Positions 9,028 through 16,707 are shown, counted from the first letter of the stretch. The stretch is 45,433 nucleotides of DNA from Syntrophales bacterium (GCA_023231165.1 JALNVY010000002.1:1-45433); one strand, 5' to 3'. Notes: generated by a model from the sequence alone, not told the origin. Made by a program: numbers and translations.

Positions 9028-9251
9028 GCGGTACCTCCGTCCCGGACCTGAATGAAGCTATTCTCGTCCTCCAATTCCAACAAATCGATTACCTTCATCG
9101 GTTCACTGTTGTTGGGATCCTCCATGCAGATTACTTCAAAGATCAATGCCTCAGAGCTTGGGTCGCGCTGAATCTTTAATGCGTCATGCGCTGCGTCAAC
9201 TGCATTCTCGGCGTCAATGTCTATCGTCCAGATCACTCGGTATGTCTTCAT
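9024..9251 (-). CDS. Small acidic hypothetical protein
   Basis: Start taken at MKTYRV (9251), overlapping the upstream stop (ATGA). 75 aa, visibly D/E-rich. Confidence 0.55.
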   Translation of the reverse strand: MKTYRVIWTIDIDAENAVDAAHDALKIQRDPSSEALIFEVICMEDPNNSEPMKVIDLLELEDENSFIQVRDGGTA

Positions 9252-9703
9252 GCCGCACCTCTGTCCTGAACTTGCCGGAAACAATTATCAATATACTCCG
9301 GGTCAACGTCTGCATCGAAATTCCGTACCAGGCACTTGTTACCGTTAATCAGGGAAATTTCATCATCGCAAGCACCCTCGACATCGAAATCCAGAACCAG
9401 AACTTCAACTGGGACGTCTGACGAAACTCCCGTAATTAGGCCACCCTCTAAGCCGATCTGGATGCCCACCGGGCGCTTGGACCTATGCCCTCCAAACTCT
9501 GCTGGATATTCCTTGTCGCAAGCGTCACACCTGTACCCGGTTTCTTCGTAACCTTCGTGCATCTCGATATTGCCGGCATTATCGTAATCACAAGTCACAA
9601 TGCCTTCGCTGTCCTCCGCAATGACCACTCCGCTCTGCGACGTTTCAACCATCGCAAACTCAGTGAACTCCGCGTGTCCACACTCGCAGGTCTTAAACTT
9701 CAT
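9248..9703 (-). CDS. Acidic Cys-containing hypothetical protein
   Basis: 151 aa. CxC..(n)..CDxC pattern (TCECGH ... YRCDACD). ATGA overlap with the upstream gene. Confidence 0.6.
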   Translation of the reverse strand: MKFKTCECGHAEFTEFAMVETSQSGVVIAEDSEGIVTCDYDNAGNIEMHEGYEETGYRCDACDKEYPAEFGGHRSKRPVGIQIGLEGGLITGVSSDVPVEVLVLDFDVEGACDDEISLINGNKCLVRNFDADVDPEYIDNCFRQVQDRGAA

Positions 9704-10332
9704 GTCATAACCTCCTTCTCGGTCTTGATGATTCCCGCTATTTCTTTTACGGCTGCATCTTGTGTCTCACCATCAGCAGTAGCGAAGTAGTAATCACCCC
9801 TGTATCTCAGGCCATTCAGAAGGAAAATGGCCTTTCCGTCCGGACTGATCTGCGTTCCGCCTATCTGATTGCCGCCCGACACGGTGAAAGTGCCGACCGC
9901 AATCGGCATGCCGTCATCATCGCCTTCCGACCATTTGGCGTCCAGACCTTCGCTCTTCGCTATGGCGTCGATATTCAAGACGCTTTCCTTTGGGCTGTAA
10001 CCTTCGTTGTGGTCTTCATCCTGTTGTGTGACGAATGCGGCGAATCCCGCCGTTGCATCCAACTCGTATTTTCCCTGATGATTTTTCTCAGCGGTGTAAT
10101 GCGTGTATGCCGTGCGATCGCACGCATGGAATTCGATACCCAGGGCGTCGCAGAGATGCCGTAAATCGGTCAGCATGTCCGTGATGCAAGCCTCCGTGTC
10201 CTCCACTACACACTCGTAACCGGCGCGCAGAGCGCGTTTGGCAATGACGAGTCGGTATAGTCGCGGATCTTTGTCGGGAAGATTCTCCGGGGTTTCTCCC
10301 ATTTTATAATCTGGTATTTCTTCGATATTCAT
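9700..10332 (-). CDS. Acidic hypothetical protein
   Basis: 210 aa, D/E-rich. AAGGAGA SD upstream. First of the ATGA-coupled chain. Confidence 0.6.
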   Translation of the reverse strand: MNIEEIPDYKMGETPENLPDKDPRLYRLVIAKRALRAGYECVVEDTEACITDMLTDLRHLCDALGIEFHACDRTAYTHYTAEKNHQGKYELDATAGFAAFVTQQDEDHNEGYSPKESVLNIDAIAKSEGLDAKWSEGDDDGMPIAVGTFTVSGGNQIGGTQISPDGKAIFLLNGLRYRGDYYFATADGETQDAAVKEIAGIIKTEKEVMT

Positions 10333-10413
10333 CGTTGTTATCTCCTTTCTCAGGTAAAAAAAAGGCCCCCGGAACGATGCAAATGCAATTTATTCCGGGA
10401 GTCTTTAAGTGTT

Positions 10414-10602
10414 TTAGATGGAGTGGGAGGCCTTCGAACGAGTATCCGCGAAAGCCATCTCCACCGTGATTGGGGTATAGAGCTCGATACAGCCTTCGTC
10501 GATAATGAAGGTGGTATCGCACGATTCACACCGTAGTCTGTCAACGAGGCAGGTCAAATGCGACTGCTGGTCTTCTCCACATTTGGGACATTGATACTTC
10601 AT
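10414..10602 (-). CDS. Small zinc-ribbon protein
   Basis: Start at MKYQCPKCGE (10602) with AAGGAGA SD. Two CxxC pairs (CPKC, CESC). 62 aa. Confidence 0.55.
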   Translation of the reverse strand: MKYQCPKCGEDQQSHLTCLVDRLRCESCDTTFIIDEGCIELYTPITVEMAFADTRSKASHSI

Positions 10603-10630
10603 GTCTATTCTCCTTTCGGGAATCGGACGG

Positions 10631-10783
10631 TTACACATCCACATTGTCGATCTTAATGCAGGACATTCGAGTTATCCTGGACAGGACACTCGCTAGTTCA
10701 TGCACTTCGCTTTCCATTGCCAGGAAGGTCCTGACCCACGTTCCCTTGCCGGGAATTTGAAAAAAAAACCGAAAATATTTCAT
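10631..10783 (-). CDS. 50-aa small ORF (below the ORF-track cutoff)
   Basis: GAAAGGAGA SD 7 nt upstream of the ATG. Sequence MKYFRFFFQIPGKGTWVRTFLAMESEVHELASVLSRITRMSCIKIDNVDV. Confidence 0.35.
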   Translation of the reverse strand: MKYFRFFFQIPGKGTWVRTFLAMESEVHELASVLSRITRMSCIKIDNVDV

Positions 10784-10934
10784 GACCGTTTCTCCTTTCT
10801 ATGCTGTCATAAGTCTTGATTATCAAAATAGTGCAGTGACTTATGGCAGCGGCTTGGGGTAATAAAATGCCGCCCGTGCCTCTTGGGAGAGGTCGGTACG
10901 GCTGTTTACGTGGTCACTGCGGGCAAACTCTGTG

Positions 10935-11348
10935 CTAGAACGGGACGTCATCATCCGGTATGCTGTCATCCGGGAATGCTGTCATCCCAGGATGTTGCGC
11001 TCCGGGGTCGTCATCAGACTGCTGCTTTTTTTCGAGGAGCTTCATCTCGGACAGGATGGCTTCGGTTTTATACCGTTTCACGCCTTCCTTGTCCTCCCAT
11101 GACCGAGTTCTCAGCCGGCCCTCGACAAAGACCAGGCGGCCCTTTACCAGGTACTGACCGGCGATTTCTGCCAGTTTGTTCCAGCAGACGCACGACAACC
11201 ATTCGGTCTCCTTGATCTTGTTGCCAGACTTGTCCTTGCGGATATAGTCGGAAGCAACCTGAAAACTTGTGACCTGTGCTCCGTCCGGCGTGTACCGTAC
11301 TTCGGGATCAGCGCCGAGCCTTCCAATAAACTGAACTTTGTTTAACAT
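10935..11348 (-). CDS. ssb: Single-stranded DNA-binding protein
   Basis: Start at MLNKVQFIGRLGADPEVRYTPDG (AAGGAGA SD). OB-fold N-domain and an acidic C-terminal tip DDSIPDDDVPF. The 22 upstream codons of the track ORF are translated leader repeat. Confidence 0.9.
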   Translation of the reverse strand: MLNKVQFIGRLGADPEVRYTPDGAQVTSFQVASDYIRKDKSGNKIKETEWLSCVCWNKLAEIAGQYLVKGRLVFVEGRLRTRSWEDKEGVKRYKTEAILSEMKLLEKKQQSDDDPGAQHPGMTAFPDDSIPDDDVPF

Positions 11349-11373
11349 TGTACATCTCCTTTCTTGGGGGTTA

Positions 11374-11494
11374 GGTAATTTGTCAGTCCTTCGCAGGACG
11401 AAAAAAAACCGCATCTGTACCGTTGTAAAGCGGCTCAGCCATGCGGCTATGTTCGTGACCTACTGAAAATACTAATTACCTAGGTACTACTTCC
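11374..11494 (-). repeat. Leader element copy A (promoter-like box, 30-nt invariant block, terminator-like hairpin, GNRA mini-hairpin) upstream of ssb
   Basis: About 85% identical over ~122 nt to 29171-29292, with 30 nt identical (11435-11464 = 29233-29262). It starts at the stop codon of the upstream membrane-protein gene. Confidence 0.7.
11401..11447 (-). terminator. Intrinsic-terminator-like hairpin plus U8 inside leader copy A
   Basis: Minus-sense GCCGCAU-gg-CUG-a-GCCG-cuuuacaa-CGGU-a-CAG-AUGCGGU followed by UUUUUUUU. It lies between the promoter-like box and the ssb SD. Confidence 0.5.
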
Positions 11495-12212
11495 ATTCAT
11501 TTTCCTGATTCATGAGTTTTGTGGTTTTTCTTGCTCCCAGGAAAATTCCTGCGACAGGTATGGTGACCAAGAGGGACGTCGTGAAGGCCACAAAATAAGC
11601 CGAGATCAGAAATACCGGCCTGAAATCTTGTAACCACTGATACAGCTTGTTCAAGCTGTAGTACTGTATTAACCATCTCATCTTGAGCAACCAAACGGCA
11701 AGATTGTGAGGTTCAAGCACTACGAAGTAAATGAAGTGGAAGGCCAGAAAAGCAATTACCAGCTTGAGTATCGCACCCGCTACCAGCCCCATGATCAGGT
11801 TCTTGATTGCGGCCTTTGAAATTTCGCCTATGTAGTATTTGCCTAAAACGGCGAAGAAGAAGGCATAACCGACAGTAAAACCAATCGCGATCAAAAAGGC
11901 GAAGCATTTATCGTAGAAGGTCGGATCATAGGAGCCAAATATGGGTAGGTATCTCTCGATTACTCCAATGGCTATAGGTGTCAGGAATGCGGAAACAAGA
12001 CCGCTAATGAATGCTCCCTTGAAGCCCACTTCGAAAAAGGCCAGCTTGCCGGCAAGCGTGAAAAAATCAACGGGGATGGTGCTGCCGGACCTTTCAACCA
12101 CGTAATACTGTTGTATCTCCGAAATCGCATCCAGCAATCCCTTTGGCTTGCCCGGCGTGGGCTGAGAGCCAAGAAATACATCACCTCTTTGAGAATCCTT
12201 ATTTAATGACAT
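11487..12212 (-). CDS. Polytopic membrane protein, unknown function
   Basis: 241 aa. About 55-aa soluble N-terminus followed by 5-6 hydrophobic segments. GGAGG SD. Confidence 0.65.
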   Translation of the reverse strand: MSLNKDSQRGDVFLGSQPTPGKPKGLLDAISEIQQYYVVERSGSTIPVDFFTLAGKLAFFEVGFKGAFISGLVSAFLTPIAIGVIERYLPIFGSYDPTFYDKCFAFLIAIGFTVGYAFFFAVLGKYYIGEISKAAIKNLIMGLVAGAILKLVIAFLAFHFIYFVVLEPHNLAVWLLKMRWLIQYYSLNKLYQWLQDFRPVFLISAYFVAFTTSLLVTIPVAGIFLGARKTTKLMNQENEWK

Positions 12213-12223
12213 AGTTCAACCTC

Positions 12224-12499
12224 CTAACTTGCCCACCAGAACATCATTCCAATCACTCCACCCAGATAGGTGAGTACAACCGACATGGCAAAGAATAAGA
12301 TTCCTAAGCTGAACAGCCGCCTGTAAACTCCAAACCAGAAGGCCAGGATAAGAAATGACGCCGCAAACAGTCTTGCCCAAAAACCGCTTAGGATCGTGTT
12401 AAACATCATTGCCCAGAAACCCGAATATTCTGCCTGAGAGGCATGTGCGAGCGGGTTTAGCGCTTCCAAAAATCCTGATATTGAAAGAAATTCGATCAC
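12224..12499 (-). CDS. Small two-hydrophobic-segment membrane protein (pilin-like organisation, speculative)
   Basis: 91 aa. GTG start overlaps the upstream stop, with AGGAGGGAG SD. AHA/SQ signal-peptidase-like site, then two hydrophobic helices separated by YRR. Confidence 0.55.
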   Translation of the reverse strand: MIEFLSISGFLEALNPLAHASQAEYSGFWAMMFNTILSGFWARLFAASFLILAFWFGVYRRLFSLGILFFAMSVVLTYLGGVIGMMFWWAS

Positions 12500-13812
12500 C
12501 CTTTTCTCCCTCCTTCCTTTGGTTTGACACTCTTTATAGAATAAAAAGACCCGTCCTTGTTCCTTTCCAGCTCCGAGGGCATGCCAAATGCCTCTATCTT
12601 CAGTGGAACGAGGAGTTTTGACTGAGGATAACCTTGCGTTGTTAATATTTCGTAAAGCCTGACGAAGTCTTCTTTATTAGGAAGCTCTGAGCTCACTGCT
12701 TCGATCTCTCTTAGACTTGTAACGATTTTCTTGAGTGCATATTCAATATCCCTGTCCCTGATAACAGATAAATCCGCTATCTTTTGCAATTTTGCATATT
12801 CTCTCGCGGTCTCCTGGAGGAACATCTTATCGAAGTAAACGTTCCCCCCATAAGAAAATGCTTTCCAGGCTTTTCCCGTCTGAGGGGCGTTTATCTGTGG
12901 TTTAAGGAGTTTCAGAAACTCCTTCGGGTCGAACCAATCTCGCCATTCTTTCATTTGTAAGCCATATACCGCGGCTATTTCCGTTTCCCTCGCCTTGCCG
13001 TCAGCAGACTGCAAACAAGCAGTGAACTGTTCTGATGACTTACCCTGATGATGGTCCTTAATTGCTTGCAGTACTATGTCTATCCCCTTGGGCATCTGAC
13101 CCTCGAAGATGGAGGCAACCTTTTCCGCGCTTATGATGGGGTGATCATGTTTGGAGTAGGTGTCGCCTACTCTCAGCGACGGGAGCTTACCCAGGTCATG
13201 GCCCAGGGCAGCCACAATCATGCTGGGTATAACGGACTCATGCCAGGACGACTTGATTAGCTCAATCCCAAACATTGCCACCTTGAAGCTGTGCGCCCGG
13301 AGCGTCACTTGTGATAGAGCAGCTTTCACACTGTTTATGTCGTTATCCGCTTTGTCTGTGCCCACTTGAACAATTGAGGGACAGCCGCCCTGGTCATCGA
13401 GAATCTTGATGATCTGGTATATGCCATCGAGCGTGTTTACGTGTTTGCACATGTTCTCGTAGGGTTTTACTGCGTTGCGTATGAACTCTGTTGCTTCATT
13501 ACTCCAATCGCTGTTTTTGTCGAAGGGAGTGGGAGCCCCAGTGGCTCCGATTTTCGGCAGTTCGGGCTTGTCCGGTCCACCAGTAAGGACGTCCGGCAGC
13601 GGCGGCGTTTCGGAAGGCGAGGTGTTTGGAGAGGCAGCCGGTGGTGTGCCCATACTTTCCACCGTGACAACTACGGACGGTGTTTGCGCTTTTTGATAGC
13701 TGTTGTTGTATTTTAGCCAGATGTTGCTCAGTTCCTTAAGCGGCACCACAATTTCCTCTTGGGGGGCGCTTAAACTCTCATTATGCCACCAATTCTTGAT
13801 CGTTTTTAGCAT
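12496..13812 (-). CDS. HD-domain phosphohydrolase-superfamily protein with Pro-rich N-terminal region
   Basis: 438 aa. LRAHSFKVA ... ALGHDLGK ... KHDHP ... IKDHHQ matches the H..HD..D metal-ligand pattern. Confidence 0.7.
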   Translation of the reverse strand: MLKTIKNWWHNESLSAPQEEIVVPLKELSNIWLKYNNSYQKAQTPSVVVTVESMGTPPAASPNTSPSETPPLPDVLTGGPDKPELPKIGATGAPTPFDKNSDWSNEATEFIRNAVKPYENMCKHVNTLDGIYQIIKILDDQGGCPSIVQVGTDKADNDINSVKAALSQVTLRAHSFKVAMFGIELIKSSWHESVIPSMIVAALGHDLGKLPSLRVGDTYSKHDHPIISAEKVASIFEGQMPKGIDIVLQAIKDHHQGKSSEQFTACLQSADGKARETEIAAVYGLQMKEWRDWFDPKEFLKLLKPQINAPQTGKAWKAFSYGGNVYFDKMFLQETAREYAKLQKIADLSVIRDRDIEYALKKIVTSLREIEAVSSELPNKEDFVRLYEILTTQGYPQSKLLVPLKIEAFGMPSELERNKDGSFYSIKSVKPKEGGRKG

Positions 13813-14311
13813 GATCTCCTTCCTCAGTAGCTTTTATGATGCGAGACAGCTTGCTGATTACAACTTCCTGGTGCCGGGGGGTAAGGTCGTAGATGGAATC
13901 TTTGCCGGGCACCTTCTCTCCATTATTTCCCGTAAAAGTCGTCAACTCCCGCAGCAATTCCTGCTGAGACTTACCTTTGATATTCGATCCTTTCTTCAGC
14001 AGGCTCAGCAGCTTCTTGTCCTGTTCGCTGTTGACCGTAAATGGCACGGTGTCGCTGTCCATGAGGGAGAACAGATTTGCAGCGACGAATTCGGTGCAGG
14101 GCAGGTGAAGTAAAAGGCGTATGCCTTTGCGGAGTCCCATGGACTTGATGACGCCCGTCGTCTCCATTTTGCCGATCGTGAAGTGCCCGGGCTTGTCTTG
14201 GATGGATGCGAATATCTCCGATAGTGCGCTATCCTTTTCAGCGCAGAGCAATTGCACGGATATACTGTCCTTAAGCACGGTATAATTTACTATTCTTGCT
14301 TCAATCTTCAT
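13781..14311 (-). CDS. Hypothetical protein
   Basis: 176 aa. AAAGGGA SD. Overlaps both neighbours, so it appears to be an operon member. Confidence 0.6.
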   Translation of the reverse strand: MKIEARIVNYTVLKDSISVQLLCAEKDSALSEIFASIQDKPGHFTIGKMETTGVIKSMGLRKGIRLLLHLPCTEFVAANLFSLMDSDTVPFTVNSEQDKKLLSLLKKGSNIKGKSQQELLRELTTFTGNNGEKVPGKDSIYDLTPRHQEVVISKLSRIIKATEEGDHAKNDQELVA

Positions 14312-14762
14312 GGCTTATCCCTTTTACGTCATCAACTGGTACGCGGACGGCAACCATTCTCCCATAGATGCTGAGATCGACCAAAGTGTCGTTACCAATC
14401 ATAGCCCGCACAATGCCGATAAAGCCGCTGTATTCGCCTCGCACCATCTGAACCATCATTCCATCTGCGATTATATGTTTCACAACGCCGGTCATCAGCC
14501 CTTTGACCTGTTCTGACGTAGCCTCCGTTACACCCAGTATGTATGGTATATTCTGTATTCCCTGGGGTGGCAGGATTGTCTCACAAACAAGAAAACCGCT
14601 AAATGAAGGTGGAATACTACAGTCAACACCCTGTGTATGCTGATCATGTTCAGTTAAGTCCATTCTGAGTAAATCACGCAAAGAAGGTTGAGGGCGGCGT
14701 TTCGCAAGGAGGGCCTTGACTATCTTCTCCTTACCGCTTGTAACCGAGATTATGTAGGGCAT
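14301..14762 (-). CDS. NusG/RfaH-family paralog (NGN plus KOW), putative operon-specific antiterminator
   Basis: Start taken at MPYIISVTSGKEKIV (NGN-like, compare WYVV..SG.E). FSGFLVCE (compare FPGYVLV). C-terminal KOW-like MVQMVRGEYSGFIGIVRAM..DLSIYGRMVAVRVPVDDV. Confidence 0.6.
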   Translation of the reverse strand: MPYIISVTSGKEKIVKALLAKRRPQPSLRDLLRMDLTEHDQHTQGVDCSIPPSFSGFLVCETILPPQGIQNIPYILGVTEATSEQVKGLMTGVVKHIIADGMMVQMVRGEYSGFIGIVRAMIGNDTLVDLSIYGRMVAVRVPVDDVKGISHED

Positions 14763-14798
14763 GTTCGGTATTTCGTCCTTTGAGGGTATTTGTCTTGA

Positions 14799-14833
14799 TA
14801 TTACTTCTCTCAGGACAGGGACTGGAAGTAATA
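14799..14833. promoter_or_regulatory. Inverted pair of RGAAGTAATA boxes in the divergent intergenic region
   Basis: TATTACTTCT (14799-14808) and GGAAGTAATA (14824-14833) face outward towards the NusG-like gene and the plus-strand operon. The right box extends to the palindrome GAAGTA-A-TACTTC. Confidence 0.4.
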
Positions 14834-14859
14834 CTTCAGAAAAGGAACAAGGAGGGCAC

Positions 14860-15042
14860 ATGAACACAATATGTTTTGATTTGAGCAGAGAAGAGTTCGA
14901 AATTGAGTGGGGACGACTGATCGATAAAAGAAAAATGTTCCTTCATCGTATAGAAAAAAATAGGTCTTCTAAAGGACTAATGGCTATCAATCTAAATGTG
15001 GATGGCGTGCGGGCCGTTATCAATAATAATTATGACAAATAA
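14860..15042 (+). CDS. Small hypothetical protein
   Basis: 60 aa from the ATG at 14860 with AAGGAGGG SD. The track ORF start at 14761 has no SD and overlaps the NusG-like gene. Confidence 0.4.
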   Translation: MNTICFDLSREEFEIEWGRLIDKRKMFLHRIEKNRSSKGLMAINLNVDGVRAVINNNYDK

Positions 15043-15082
15043 GCTATGATTATCGAGAACATACAAGAGAAAGGTAAAGCTA

Positions 15083-15589
15083 ATGCTTAATGTGAAATTG
15101 GTTAATTCAGTCATTTCTCACACAAACAGGAAATACCTTCTGAACGGATTGCTGAACGGAACGAATCGCTGGTTCTACGATGTCATGTCCCAGTTACAGC
15201 CCCATTTGGAAGTGGAAGCGACCAGAGAGATGCTTTGCGCAGCCCTTGAGAATTATCTTGAGACGCTTCACCGGGTTTACAGAAGGGCAGGGATGACATT
15301 GCAGACGTATTCCGAATTTTACCACGAAAACGACGATACTACCAAAGTCGCTATGATTTACTTGCTGAAAACACTGAAAACGCTGTGCGGCAATTTCTAT
15401 CTCGCTGCGATCCTCGCTCTGTGGGTAGAGCTTGAGCGGAGTGAGGATGCTTACGGGGAATATGTGCGAATGTGTACCGGGCAGGAAAACGACGGCAAGG
15501 CGGCGGAGGTCAATCCGTTCCTCCTGTACAACTTTGTTTGTTCCACGTTTGCTGCCGTTCATGAAGCTGGACTGCAAGCGGCTGCATAG
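15083..15589 (+). CDS. Hypothetical protein
   Basis: 168-aa ORF with GAGAAAGG SD. No motif recognised. Confidence 0.6.
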   Translation: MLNVKLVNSVISHTNRKYLLNGLLNGTNRWFYDVMSQLQPHLEVEATREMLCAALENYLETLHRVYRRAGMTLQTYSEFYHENDDTTKVAMIYLLKTLKTLCGNFYLAAILALWVELERSEDAYGEYVRMCTGQENDGKAAEVNPFLLYNFVCSTFAAVHEAGLQAAA

Positions 15590-15607
15590 TCAGCTTCTGA
15601 TCACTGG

Positions 15608-16081
15608 ATGAAATGGATCAGCCATCAAATCTGCACCTTCGCAGGCACATACGCGATATCCGACAATCTGCCCCTGAGTTTTGCCGTATCTGCATTTTCC
15701 TGTCTGCCGGACGCCATCGAGTTCGGGCCGGGAAAGTACATCTTCCGAAAGCATCGTGGGATTTCGCACAACCCCCTATTCTGGCTTAGTATCCTTGTAA
15801 TATCCTGTCTCTGCTCTTATCTCCCCCTGATTCAGCAGACGGAGGACTTCTTAGGTAAGTGGAGTGGCTTTTCAACGATGTGCGTACTTATTCCCGCTAC
15901 CGGAGCGTTCTTCCATCTTGCTGAGGATGCGATGTCGAAATCGGGGATCCCGATCTGGAAGGGAAAGATGATTGCAGTCCCTCTATACAAAACCGGGACG
16001 GTAGGAGAATTTATGGTTGTTCTGGCGATATTTATCCTCTGCCTGATCCCGATCGTGGTCTCTTACTATTTGTTTTCCTAA
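15608..16081 (+). CDS. YdjM-like membrane-bound metal-dependent hydrolase (DUF457)
   Basis: 157 aa. CLPDAIEF, KHRGISHNP and HLAEDAMSKSGIPIW parallel E. coli YdjM LLPDIDHP, GHRGFTHS and HILADMLTPAGVPLLW. Confidence 0.65.
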   Translation: MKWISHQICTFAGTYAISDNLPLSFAVSAFSCLPDAIEFGPGKYIFRKHRGISHNPLFWLSILVISCLCSYLPLIQQTEDFLGKWSGFSTMCVLIPATGAFFHLAEDAMSKSGIPIWKGKMIAVPLYKTGTVGEFMVVLAIFILCLIPIVVSYYLFS

Positions 16082-16329
16082 GCCGCTACCTGCGGTGTGT
16101 TTTACGAAATCTTCAACGAGGGAATAAAATACAACTACTAAGGCGTCGGCTATCTCCGGAGCAACAACTTTCTCGGGACAAAAAAAGAAACAGGGGTACT
16201 CAGGATGCGAGAATTGGTTAGTAAATTGGTGCGTCTCAGCCTGGAAGAACAGGAAAGCGCAGAGGTGGCAGAGGCGGTAGCTAAGATCAGAGAACAAATC
16301 AGGATATATGTCCGGGGGCGATAGGAACG

Positions 16330-16707
16330 TCAAGCCTCGATGAATCTTTCAATCGGTGCACCAAGCAGTAACGATAGCTTCCTGGCCATTTTCAAGCTTA
16401 TAGATCTACGCCGGTGCTCCATATTGGAAATATGCTGACGGGGAGTTCCGCCAAGGGCCTCGCTTAATTGGAGTTGCGTCAGCCCCTTATTCTCACGATA
16501 AATACGCAGATATATGCCCGGCGTCATCTTTTCCTTGACGCCTTTATACCATTGCGTCTCGAAGACATCAACAAGCTCATTCTTGTCATCCTCGACAAGG
16601 CTAAGGTCCTGCCCATACTCTTCCTTTAAGACATCCATCAGCTTCGGCGGAATCGCCGCGCCCATGACGCTGATCTCAATATGGGGCGTTTTCACGACTA
16701 CCTGCAT
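16330..16707 (-). CDS. XRE-family HTH regulator with an N-terminal extra domain
   Basis: 125 aa. C-terminal NKGLTQLQLSEALGGTPRQHISNMEHRRRSISLKMARKLSLLLG is a canonical HTH_3 pattern. Confidence 0.75.
   Translation of the reverse strand: MQVVVKTPHIEISVMGAAIPPKLMDVLKEEYGQDLSLVEDDKNELVDVFETQWYKGVKEKMTPGIYLRIYRENKGLTQLQLSEALGGTPRQHISNMEHRRRSISLKMARKLSLLLGAPIERFIEA

Noticed and set aside
11349-11414. N-terminal extension MRFFFVLRRTDKLPNPQERRCT of the ssb ORF, and the parallel MRLFYVLRRADAITDEIKGEGGNK extension at 29141-29212.
   Set aside because: Both are translations of the repeated non-coding leader element. Strong SDs and canonical protein N-termini (MLNKVQFIGRLG.., MTTERSGG..) lie downstream.
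11435-11464. An E. coli-type ops element (GGCGGTAGnnTG) for the NusG paralog in the invariant leader block.
   Set aside because: Only a loose AGTAGGTCACG resemblance exists, which is not convincing.
11374-11494. Frpo/ssi-type single-strand promoter, in which the whole element folds into one long hairpin.
   Set aside because: The only long-range complementarity in copy A (TAGGTAATT/AATTACCTA) is not conserved in copy B. The element reads better as a dsDNA promoter-like box plus a local terminator hairpin.
14763-14867. Longer start (14867) for the NusG-like ORF. Similar long starts appear in the track for traH (22509), the vWA gene (25617), the DUF3150-like gene (26645), the AAA+ gene (28214), the XRE gene (41658) and the radical SAM gene (31765).
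   Set aside because: In each case an internal start with a strong SD coincides with the expected protein N-terminus or signal peptide. The extensions cross intergenic or regulatory DNA, or overlap neighbours extensively.
15983-16333. 116-aa minus-strand ORF between the YdjM-like and XRE genes. A 39-aa plus-strand helix-like ORF at 16205-16324 was also considered.
   Set aside because: The minus-strand ORF overlaps the YdjM-like 3' end, has no SD and has an odd composition. The plus-strand mini-ORF has only a weak SD, and I could not support either.
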